From: Nageia nagi
Taxonomy: Eukaryota > Plantae > Pinophyta
Length of the DNA: 64,000 nucleotides
Direction of reading: 5' to 3'
NCBI GenBank assembly: GCA_050084985.1
Contig: JBITNC010000001.1
Location: forward strand, 98,146,001-98,210,000
Shown here piece by piece: positions 13,901-26,538 of the stretch (position 1 is the stretch's first letter; every line of letters begins with the position of its first letter). Position numbers and translations under genes: made by a program. The notes beneath the pieces are model-generated. The model ran no database searches. It was not told the DNA's origin and was given only the letters and a program-made list of their open reading frames with translations.

Positions 13901-16814
13901 ATAATCTAATACAATACATTGCACAAGCTAATAGGTTTGTAATCTTTTAGTTCTTTTGTAGTTAAAGTATTTGGAATTAGAGAAATGAAGGTGGAGTTCT
14001 AGGTCTTTATAAGTTTACCTTTCTTGAAGAACTCTACCATAGCTTCCACTACATCATTGCCTAGAATATCCTAGTTATCCTAAAAGAACCCCATCGAGAA
14101 GCTATCTAATCCAAGATCTTTATCCCTCTACATTATAAAGAGGGCCCTTTTAACTTCTTCCTTTGAAGTTCTAGTTACCAGATTATCATTCATTTCTTTA
14201 CTTATCACTTGTAGAATGGATTTCAACATTTTATCCATTGTTGATTTATTTTGATTTTGATCATTAGATAATAGTAATTGGTAAAACTACATTGTCTCTT
14301 TCATAATTTTCTCTTCATCTATGATAGTGCAACCATTATGCCCCTTCAATTCAGTTATTTTGTTATTACTTCTTCTTTGGAAGGTTATAGATTTGAAAAA
14401 ATTTGTTTATGCTCTCCTTCTTTCAGCCACAAGATATTGGATTTCTATCTCCAATGCATCTCCTCTCTTTCCTATCAAGTTCATAAGTGTGGCCATTTTT
14501 TAGAATATCATGTTCAATTTGGTCCATTTTTCTTTTTGCATCCATTTTCTTTTCATCCAATTTGCCAAATTCCTCTCTATTCCATTTCTTTAATTGTATT
14601 TTCACTTTTTTTAATTTCTGCTACACTCTAAACATGGTTGTTCCTTCGACTTGTTTAGTCCACCACTTCTTCAATTTCTCTTTAAATTTTGGATGAGCCA
14701 TCCACATAAACTCGAATCTGAATGGGGCTTTTTTTTCTTTTTTAGTTCCATATTTAGTTTCAAGGAATGGTCTTAAGTGAATCTTGAAAGAGAAACTAGA
14801 TCTAAGTTTTGATATTCATCTAGCCAATCTACAGAGCATATCATGCCATATAATCTTCTTTGGATAAAATGCTTTCCTATTCTTCTATTTTACAAGTGAA
14901 CTAATGACCTTTCAATGGTAAATCAATCATCCTTTCTTTATTTATAAAGTCTCTTAGCTCATTCATTACCCTTGTCATATTTACTCTACCTCCATATTTG
15001 TCTTCTAGAATCAATGGAGTATTAAAGTCTCCTTCAATAATCTATGGCTCATTATTGAAGCAAGTTTTATGGCTCCTTAGAAAATCCCAAAAAAAATTCC
15101 TTTCCTTAAGGACATTTGGAGCATAGATATTGGAGAGAGTGAAGGAAAACTTACTCTTAATACATTCAATCCTAATAATTATGCATCTTCTTGAATTGCA
15201 ATCAATTCTTTAAACTTCCATTGACTTCAAATTCCAGAGAATAGCAAGACATCCTACTTTCCCAATAGCACTAATGGTTTCAAAACTAGAGTTCTTCCAA
15301 CTCTTGAGCTTGAATATGCATTATTGGGATTCTTTAATCTTTGTGTCTTGCAGAATTAAAATGTTTGGTTTATGTGACTTGCATAGGTTCCTCATAGCTT
15401 TTTGTTTGTTTGGTAAGCTATAGCCTTGGATATTCCATGATATGAAAATTATTTGGTTCTCCTACTGGTGGTCTTACCACCTGTACTCTGCTTTGGAGTA
15501 CTAACATCCTAATTCCTTGTATTTCTTTCTCCCCTCAATGGTTTGCCACATTTTGTTGTTCTTCAGGTATTCACTTATGGCTTGAGGTTAGGGATGTCAT
15601 TTTCTTTATCTCCTTTCAAAGATTATTTTCCTCTTCTTCTGTTATTTTTCTTAGAGGCCATTATTGGTTCAAGGACTACCTCATTAAAATCTTTTTCTAA
15701 GAGAATTTGTTCATTTTCTTGATTTTCAACCTCTTCCTCTTCTTCGATTTCTTTTTCCTCTATAAATATTATTACTATTTGAGTTTCATAAATTTGAGAG
15801 GGAATTACTTCCTCAAATTGTTTTAGTCCTCCTTTTTCCATGGTGGCATAAGATGGACTCTTCATGGGGATTTCAAAAGTTTGGGTAGATCCCGAGGCTC
15901 CAACCCTCTCCTTAATATTTTTAATATGCATCCAAACTTTCTTACTCTCCATAGCCTTCTTGCCTTTCTCTTTGAATTCCTTTTCTGAATGGCCTATATT
16001 CTTGCATACACCATAAAACTCTTGCTCTATTCTCTTATATGGGCATTAGGAAGCTAAATGTATGATTCCTTGACACCACCACTTGCATCAAAAGGGAATA
16101 CTTTCATAATCTAGATCTTATTTCCATTCCCCTAGTTTGGTCATTATTTTGAACTTTATAGGAATGGATTCTTGGATGTTCATATTAACACAAACCCTAG
16201 CTGTGAGAGCATTTTCTCTAACTTCAAAGGACTCATCCACTTTGATAAACTCCCCAATAGATTTTTCTATTAGTTTTATAATATTTAAAATCCATAGGTA
16301 CTAGGGAAGGCCAAACAATCGGACCCACATAGGAACATTTGCTACATTCTCTATGAGTGGATTAAAACCTTTGTACCATTTTATGACAAAAAATCCAGAG
16401 TTTCCCATGAACTAAGGTCCCACACCAAGCACATGAGTCATGTTATTTTCTAGTTTGAAATAAATAGCAAAAAAAACCTTTTGGAAGAACCTCCCCTTCC
16501 AACTGCTATCACTTCACTACTCAATCCTTAAATGGTAACAAACTTGGCCATTGACCTATGAACTTACCTACAAGACATCATTGAATTTTATGGAGATTTT
16601 CATCCACCAAATCTTCCTCGATCACCAAGACTAGGGTCACCTCTACTTTTTTAAAAAGGGGGTACCCTTTTTTTGAATTTAGGATCCCTCCCCCATGGCA
16701 CTATCCCCTTGCCCCACCATTCCTAGCTTATCTTTGAGCCCTGCACCAGCTTGCAATCCTGCAACCAAACCTACTCCTACACCTGCACCATCGATCACCT
16801 TCCCTCTCCCTTTC
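10978..16814 (-). mobile_element. Near full-length degenerate L1-clade LINE (ORF1 DUF4283/zinc knuckle; ORF2 endonuclease, RT, zf-RVT)
   Basis: ORF1: VPMWVRLFGLP...ARVCVNM. Endonuclease: ISWNIQG...ILILQDTK near 15350-15445. RT: KLDMEKAYNRVNWNFL...QGDPISPYVF...FDDTIL. zf-RVT: RCSLCCREEASTNHIFREC. Poly(T) at 10973-10980; candidate TSD CCATTTTT at 10970-10977 and 16815-16822. Confidence 0.93.
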
Positions 16815-17038
16815 CCATTTTTCATGATTATGAACATTTCTAAATACCTTATTGCACTCTCACTATATTGGTACAATATCTCACTTACAAGCTTAAAATA
16901 GCATTATTAAAAAATGGCTCCCCCTGATATTCTCCTCTTCCAAGTATTACAACCTATGTATGCCTACACAACCATTACAACTCTAGCATTACTTCTATGA
17001 CCATAACAAGCATTACATACATGTGTGTTTATGTGTGC

Positions 17039-17040
<2 letters not shown>

Positions 17041-17070
<30 letters not shown>
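17041..17070. repeat. (AT)15 microsatellite
   Basis: Directly visible. Confidence 0.95.
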
Positions 17071-17074
<4 letters not shown>

Positions 17075-17838
17075 AAATATTAATTATATTCTTCAACAAC
17101 CTTATCACCATTCTCAATGGTGCCTACCTTCAGAACTACCATTCATCCTTTTCCATTAAAGAGTTTAACTCTATTAAATGATACGACATTCAAAATGTAG
17201 GGTAACTTCTCCAAATAATAATAATGTCGTTTGCATCAATTAATTAAATGAGCTTCTCAATAAGACTTTAATCCATTAGTTACTAATATATGTCACCAAA
17301 TTAACATTGTCTTTCATTAATTATTAAACACTCTTTTCAATCATCAAGGAGAAAAATTATTGACGTGTTGTGAATCAGTCTCTACACATCTAACAATCTA
17401 CCATATGTAGATGATCCACATCTATCCATCATGGTTCCACTATGCCATTAGCAAACTATTTTTAAGAATTTGAGCTCCTTCAAATTATCTAATCATTTAA
17501 TTTGTAACCATTAAAACAAGATTGATGTCAACCTCACATCTTCTCCTTTAATCAAAAAATAACCTCACAATCTCCAACAGAAAATATTGTTCCTACTACT
17601 TCGCCAATCTTCGCACCTTTACAAATAGGAAAAATACATTGGAAACTTTGATTTCTAATTAGAAGCTTCCATATATTTAACCTAGGAAGGGATAGGGCAA
17701 GAGAGGTGGCCAATCTCATCTTGTTACTTATTGAATGTTCTAAGTTCCAAATAAAAACTCAAATCAGTTACAATTTTTGCAACCCATTTCTATGGTGGCT
17801 CCCCACTGCAACTTAAACCAAAATCAACCCAACATTAA

Positions 17839-17849
17839 GCTCTATACCA
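17839..17849 (-). other. Primer binding site (tRNA-iMet type) of the Copia-like element
   Basis: Reverse complement TGGTATAGAGC resembles the consensus TGGTATCAGAGC and lies 2 nt from the LTR edge at 17852. Confidence 0.75.
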
Positions 17850-17851
17850 AT

Positions 17852-19189
17852 TGTTGGGATTTAGCATGATTGATTTATGTGAAAGGAAACATACAAGAAG
17901 AAATAAATCATCATTTAGACATAGAAACACTAAGTAATTTATGAGGTTCACCCAATATCTCATTGAGCTACAAAATAAGCAATCTTCCACATTGCATTAT
18001 TATGAATATTTAAGAGTACATCATTGCATTCTCAATATAATATTACAGTCTCTCACCTACAAACTTACAATAAAAATTACATAAGAATTTTTGAAGGCCT
18101 TGATATTCTCCTCTTCAAAACATTACTACCTATATATGCCTACACCAACATTACAACTCTAACATTACATCTTTGCTCATAACAAGAATTATATATTACA
18201 TGAAAATAATAATAGTTCTTATATTGTTATCACAATAGGATTAGTGCAAGAAGCTGGATCACATTGATTCAAAATTTGAAGCACTTAGACATGGAATATT
18301 GAAGAAGGTTGAAATAGGGTAAAAATGTAGTGCTGTGAGTCTAGTTTTCAAATATATAATTTATTCCAATATGCAGATGATAAACATTTATTTTTGATAG
18401 GTATGAATAAAAACCACTATTTAAAAAATATTATTTCTGTACCATACCATGCACATGTCTATCACACATATTTTTCAAATAATTTTGGGAAAAGATATGT
18501 AACACAATGAAGCTTATTTTGAATATTTTTAATAATTTTTTCATGAATATTATTTTTCTTATTATTTTTATATGGGTTGTAATTATGGTTTTGAAAAATG
18601 CTTGTGTTTGTCATGCATAATTTTACCTAAATTTATCATTTTTTCAAACTTCTTTTCTTAATTTTGTAGAGAATTATATAAAGGTTGTTCCTCTATATAT
18701 TTTTTCTCAAAATTTCTAAAAAATAAAAATTTATTTTTAAAATTTTCTAAGACATAAAACTTCCTCTTTATGTGGACTCATCTTCTTGTACCCATCCAAT
18801 AATAACAAGTTATTAATTGTATTCTCTAACTACCTTTTTATCATTCTTAATTACACTTACCTTCAAACCTACCATTCATCCTTTATCATTCAAGATTTTA
18901 CTTCCATTGAAACTATCATGTGTATTGTCATCTAGATGCCTCTATCAAAATGCTTTGGATTTGTCTTTTTATACAATGGCACACCATTCAGAATTTAGGG
19001 AAACATTTCCAAATAATTATGTCATTGGCATTCATTAATTAAATGAGATGCTCAATAAGAATTTCATCCATAGTTTACTAATATATGTCACCAATATAAT
19101 ATTTCATTTATTTAATTATTAAACACCCTTGTCAATCCGCCGTAAGAAAAATATTATTATGTGGTGAATCAGTCTCCACACAACCAACA
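17852..19189 (-). repeat. 5' LTR of the Copia-like element (contains a ~585-bp insertion at about 18213-18797)
   Basis: TGTTGG...CCAACA termini, adjacent to the PBS and to TSD ACATG. Confidence 0.8.
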
Positions 19190-19762
19190 ACATGTTGAAG
19201 GATATCTTGAATATTTTTTTATTAGTAACCCAAATATATGTCCTTGTTATAGAATTAAGAATTATCAAAACAATCTTCTTTTTACTATTTCTTCACTTTT
19301 TTCCACCTAAAAAAATCAACTTCCACTATCTTAATGTTATGCATAAGAAGTTTTTTACCTTCCTATTTATTTAGCATAATTTGATAGCCATAGAAATATC
19401 AAAATGACCCTAAAAATACTTATGTATGTTATCGTTTCTTCATAATCAATTATTTACATAATTTTACTATTTGAATAATATCTAAAATTAAATTACTAAA
19501 TATAATTAAATCATATTATATATTTTTCATAATATTTTATTATTTTTATAGTATTTATACCATTCAAAACTACATACTATATGAATTACATCAACAATAA
19601 TATATTTATATATATAATCAAAGATCATTTTTATGTTATTAAAGTAATCCCATGGTGGATAACTAATAGTCACAAATAAATACAAGAAGAAAGAAGAAAT
19701 AAACAAACAATATTTTTAAATATGTGAATGATGTAGTAATAATCCTAACACTTGAAAAACTA

Positions 19763-20830
19763 TTTTTTAATGAAAAAACCTTTCCATTATATTAAGAAAT
19801 TTTCTTCATACAAAAAGAATAGGCGGGATTTGCATACCTTGTATAACATACCATTGATTATACAAAATAATCATCATTACAAAAAAAATTCCAATGAATA
19901 AAAAAAAACATAGCTTCGAAGAGAAACTATTACCACCAACACACATCTCAAAGTCCAACCAAGTAGCAAGAATTTAATAGTATTCAAATAGTATTTGGAT
20001 AGTATTCAATGGGGCACGATTCTCATTTCCTTGAAGCTTATAAGGGCCGAACATCCCATATGTTGTTTGTACAATTTAGAGTATAAGGAGTATTCCCCAA
20101 ATGGTCAAGTAGATTCTGTAAGTGTTGCACTTCCATATTTACTTTTTCAACTTGAACCATAATTTGCAACCAGGAGTAAAAAAAATACATTGTGCTTATC
20201 ACAAGAGTGAAAGAGGTTGAAGCCTTTTCTCCCAAATATAATAATGTTTCATATTTTTCATAGATGATAGAGAATACTAATCTGAAAAATATGCCAAACT
20301 TCATAGAGAGGTTTTAAAAATATAACTAGATCTCCTATGATAGCATGAACCCAAATAACAAGGGAAGTAAAGAAAGGATTGAAAAAAGAGAGAACCCAAT
20401 CCTAGGATTTACGAGATTTAAGAAAAGACCAAAAAATATGAATAAAATCTTTTAGTTCCGAACAAAAAAGCACAACTCGAGTTAACCAGACCCAAATACA
20501 CTCAACGGTGGCTAATAGGAAGTCCCTGATAAAGCATACTTAAGATAAAAAAAAAAAACTTTGCTTAAGTTATAAATACTTAGCTTATACTACATTGAAC
20601 CTAAGAGACCACCACAATAAAGAAGATAAAAAATCTCATCGCAAGTTTAGACTATCAACCATGAGAGCATTGGGGGCAAGCCAAGTATATCCAAGGTGAG
20701 GCTTATACAACAAAAAATTGCATTCTTCGACCAAGACTAATTAAACCATAGAGGTTTTTGAAAATGCTTACCAAGCTGAGACCAAATAGAGAAGGAAGTA
20801 CAGTCAATCACAATATCAAAAGTGGCTAAA
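19763..20830 (-). mobile_element. 5'-truncated LINE 3' fragment (zf-RVT region)
   Basis: Minus frames give a CAF...H.F...W zf-RVT-like segment and YEVWHIFQISILYHL...NIIIFG. T-tract at about 19763. Confidence 0.55.
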
Positions 20831-21899
20831 CATTTTATAAAAATAAAATTAAAAAAAAAAAATTGATTGATTTTAAAAGTTGTTATAACAAATAATATTG
20901 ATCGAATTCAATTTTTTTAAAATAATTATTATATAAATATATCAACTTAATCAATTTGAATTATGAATTATCAAATATTAATCTATAATTTGGTTGTGAA
21001 GGAGAAATACCAAATCAAATCCACCAACATTTTAGGTATGTCCAATTTTGGAATCTCACAATTTAGTTCATTGTAATTTGTATATGTAATTTCATAATTT
21101 CTTTTGAAATAATATATTTGCTATAATAATATAGTTATATGTAATATTAGTATATTAATTGCCAAGATAATCCTTTTCGTCAAGTAGAATATGCATATGA
21201 AGCAAATCAACTTCCATTTCTATAGCTAAATCAAATCTAAAATTCAATTTATGTGTTTTACATTTCACCATTAATTTTTGGTTTTATCACCATATTGTTG
21301 TGCTCCAAATTTTCAATGCAAATATATGTCTTATAAAATGTGGCTTAATTATAAATGAGATTGTCATAATCTTAAGTCACATAATATATGTATGCTCCAT
21401 TCCATACAACATGATAGCACTTACAAGGGAATGAAACATTAATTATAGTATTGGCTTCATAGATTTTATCAATAGGCATTTATTCTAAAGCTCTATATGC
21501 TTGTTCAATATATGTTACAGTAATGTCATTGATTCCTACATGAAAATATGAAAACTATGATAATAAATTGTTACTGTTGAGAAATTATTTGTTAATCAAA
21601 CACACATGTGAATCCATTCTCCCCTCCTAATTTTCAAAACTCTTTTGTCCATATACATCTCAGTTGTTGGTTGAGTTGATCATGTATTGACCTTGTTACA
21701 ACCTCTGTTCCATGTTCTATTCCTAATATGAAACAACATTAATATAATTTACTAAAATTTAATTTATAAAATTATTCTATATTATAAATATAAAAGTCGA
21801 TTATGTTAATTTTCAAACATAAAACCAACTCAATGTGCTGAATGCATTCTTCATACATTATCTTTGAATATTTAATAGAAGCATATTCCTTTGCTAAGT

Positions 21900-22820
<921 letters not shown>

Positions 22821-22974
22821 ACTAAAATTATTAATTTACAATGTTATGATAATGGTTACCATAAGTCATTTATTATTTATCATTTTTATTAGAATTGTAA
22901 ATAGATATTTGACTATCTCGAGTAAGTTAGCATTTTGATCACATAAAACTTTAAACAAGAGATACTATAGATTA

Positions 22975-23455
22975 TTTTATTGAAAGAAATTATATTAATG
23001 TCCATAGATGACTAAAAGCAGTCAATGGAACTGAAGGGTATACAAGTCTAAAGCAACATGAGGGGCTCAATAACTTTCATTCAAAGCAAACTATGAAAAG
23101 ACTAAGAACAATATAGGGGCTAATCCCTAAAAGGAAATAAATAGTCGAATAAAAAAACATATTAAGCAAACATAGTCAGAGGGGAGGTCTCTCATGATCT
23201 GTCTAACTGTGCAATCCTGGGCTGATTTGTGTTTGCATCGGCATTGTTGTAGCTAAAGAAGGTCATGATCTAATATGACCTCATAGAACTAAGGTCAACA
23301 TGCACCCTTTTTTTGGTACATCGAGTGGGCCGAGGAGAGTCCTCGATCCTCCTACAAACTCCCTCTTTGGAGGCAACTAGGAAGAAAGAGGTAACCAAGC
23401 AATCACCTGTCAGAAGTTGGGAGTCGGATAATAGATGTATAGTGACATTCATGAT
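22975..23455 (-). mobile_element. LINE 3' end with RNase H-like remnant
   Basis: LLTGDCLVT and NNADA resemble the plant LINE RNase H motifs EGDS and N..AD. A T-rich 3' tail follows. Confidence 0.4.
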
Positions 23456-25293
23456 AAGTAAAATATATATGTAATTAGTTTATTATTTTAGAATTATCTT
23501 TATCATTAAATATTTGTATTGAAAGACTTGACTAGCTAAATCTAGGACTTCAATTGTCTTGTTATACCTAGTATGAATTCATGTGCTTGGCATCTTTGAA
23601 CTTCACCTCTAATCAACCACCCTCATTCCCTCTTCCCATATTATAATTACAATAAAATTTAGTATTTGATTATTACTTATTACGATTAACTGTTATCCTA
23701 TCTTCAAAGTAAATATTATGGTTAAAGTTTATTTCTCATTGATAATGTAATTTACATCAATGTTGCTCTCTATATCAAAGTAGATTGGATGATTATTTTC
23801 ATCCTTGTTCTTTTTGCTAAGCATGTTGACGAATGCCTTATCTGATGCAATTATATATACAATGGATATTTTATTCAAATCTATATTATTTATATAGACC
23901 ATATTGCTAATGCTTGTTTTGAATTCTTGAATACCTTTTTTGCTTCTCACATTTTGAATAGTGTATCCTTTTTCAAAAATTATATCAATAGTTGTGCAAA
24001 ATTGGAGAGGTTTTTAATGAATCACTTACAGTATCAAATATGGTTTGAGAATGACCTCAATTTTCTCTTATTCATTATAAAGGTAAACTATTTAATCTTG
24101 GTTACTTTTTCTTTAGATTAGTCTCAATACCACTTTTCAATATAATGTCTTAAAAGTACTCTTGTTAAATGCTTGAAAAATATTTAGCTAGATCGAATTA
24201 TGTTTCCTTTTTATAAACATTCAAAATGCTTTCTCAAATTATCCTAAATGATCTATCTTTCTTTTACATATACAAAAATCATCTAGAAAAATTAATTTAT
24301 ATCATAATATAAGGTTCAAGAATCGTATTCATAAGTCTTTATAACATAGCACTATTGCATAATTTAAAAGTTCTTGCTAAGCAAGCATAAATGCTCTATG
24401 GAGTAGTGAAATTTATCCTCAATTGATCCTTCTTTGCTATAAGAACTTGGTTATATCTATTATAACCATCTACAAACTTGTAACAATCATATCCTACAAC
24501 TTCATATAATATTTTGTCTAAAAATGGTGGGGAATAATGATTCTTTATTGATTTAAACAACTTTTAATAATCCACATGTATCATAATCTTTACATTCTTT
24601 TTCCTAGATTCCACAATAGGAGAAAGTTACTCTAAATTGTCTAAAAATAAAAATAAATCTTGCATTTAAAAACTCATTTATGACATTTTTAATAGTCTTA
24701 AAGAAGTTTGGATTCATCATATATGTCATTTATTTGACATACTTAACATTTTTAATCAATTCAATTAAGTGCTCTATCCATATTATATATTGTCACTCCT
24801 TTTATCCAAAAGTATGGAGATGGATGTATCTAGAGTTAAAAATAGTATTATTTATTACTCTTATCAATAGCATATCAAACCATAAATATTTTAGGCAATG
24901 CTCCACTTCTTTAATAAATAGTTTGAAAGATTGAGCAAGTAAATTTAGCAATATATCTATTATGGATATATCAACATGCTTCTCATCTTCAATATCTACC
25001 TCACCAATACTCGTGAGTTTCATGATGTCCACTCATCATTTCCAAATTTTGATATCTTTGTAGTATGGATAAAAGGAACAACTAGAATCCATACTTTGAT
25101 ATTTTGTACAATCATCATGTAGCATTTATCCATAAGCATGAACCCTCCTCAACCATGCTCCACCTAAAGGAATATGATAAGCTACATAACCATCCTTCAT
25201 CGCTTAGAAATCTACTAAACAAGTGATTATAATGCTTGAAATTATTACATATAAAATTTACAAAACTATTGAAATTCTATTTGTTCTCGAATA

Positions 25294-26538
25294 TGTGATG
25301 TTCAAAATCACCCTCAACAAAAACAACTCTACTATGGTATTCAAACCCTCTACCAATGAAGCAAACACACCCACGTTGGGCCCCTAGGGCATCCAAGGAC
25401 ACTATAATGCATATGTGAGCCTCCCAAGGCCTCCATGCAACCCCTACACCCTAACATCAGCCCTTTAGGGTACACACCAACACTTGGCACCTCAACGAAT
25501 ACCTCATAGATGAATATGCAATGCTTGAACACCCATGAATGCAATAAAGCTTCCCACACCAATATACAAGAGACACACACACATACATAAATAATGCACA
25601 ACACAATGGAAAGAGACATAAGCTATAATTTATTACAGAATGGTATGGAGTACAATGAGGATCTTAATATCTAGATATAGGGTTTTGAACCCTATGCTAG
25701 CCGAACACCATAGGAAAGACTCACTCCCTTAGAATTTAAATCCTATCCTACAAAGGAGCCTCCTTTAACCTTGGCTACCACTACAGGTAAAAGCTCACCC
25801 TTAGAATACCATCAAATGGACTAGGTGACCCACCTAAGTTGTAGAATGCTAGGCTCCCAACCCTATCACTCCTCTAGACATCGACTAGGAATAATGCTCA
25901 ACATCACCAAGACTTGTATGCTTGATCAAGTTTAGTATAAAAGAAGTATAATCAATAGTTATCCTCCTCATGGAGCTCCATCCTTAATTTATAGCCTCAC
26001 ATGTCTATCCATTATACCTCATTATCATTCCAAGCCAAGTTTATTCCAACGTTGGGGTCAACATGTCAACCATGCCAATGTGTGGGTCATATTGGCCTAG
26101 TATGCCAACATGGGGGTTGTATTGGCCTAGTATGCTAACATGGGATTCACATGGGCCTAATGTGTGAACATGGGGGTCATAAAGGCCCTCAAGGTTGATG
26201 TGGGGTCTAATGGGCCTCCTCAAGTGAATGTGGGGGTCCAAATGACCTCATAAGCCAATGTGGGGTAATTGGGGCCCTCCCAATGTTGGTGTATCCTTCT
26301 GCTCACTCTGGACTATACAAGATTCATGCCTATCTAAGGATTTCCACAATCTATGATAACCCATTAAAAACTAATACAACACTACTCAAGGGGAGATGTC
26401 CCATTACTAGGCTCATAATGGGGTCCACAAATCATAAGCTCCTGCTTGAGTTACACATGCACAACATGATCATAAAAAAAGAGTAGATTACAAAGTGACC
26501 ATGACATATTTTGTCAATGGTCCAAATGGGACATCACA
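25294..26538 (-). repeat. 3' LTR of the chromovirus-like element (contains about 8 x 30-bp CCAACATGGGG tandem units at about 26045-26290)
   Basis: Direct repeat of 29605-30847. Confidence 0.92.

Larger units (their letters stand above)
10816..17395 (-). repeat. 3' LTR of the Copia-like element, split by an L1 insertion
   Basis: 10816-10970 aligns to 17852-17990 (AAATAAATCATCAT, ATGAGGTTCA.CCAATATCTCAT). 16815-17395 aligns to 17990-19189 (TGATATTCTCCTCTTC, ACTAATATATGTCACCAA, GTGAATCAGTCTC). Confidence 0.8.
10816..19189 (-). mobile_element. Old non-autonomous Copia-like LTR retrotransposon (about 456-bp internal region) with two nested insertions
   Basis: Two diverged direct repeats TGTTGG...AACA (10816-17395, interrupted, and 17852-19189). 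Perfect 5-bp TSD ACATG at 10811-10815 and 19190-19194. PBS-like TGGTATAGAGC on the minus strand at 17839-17849. Confidence 0.85.
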
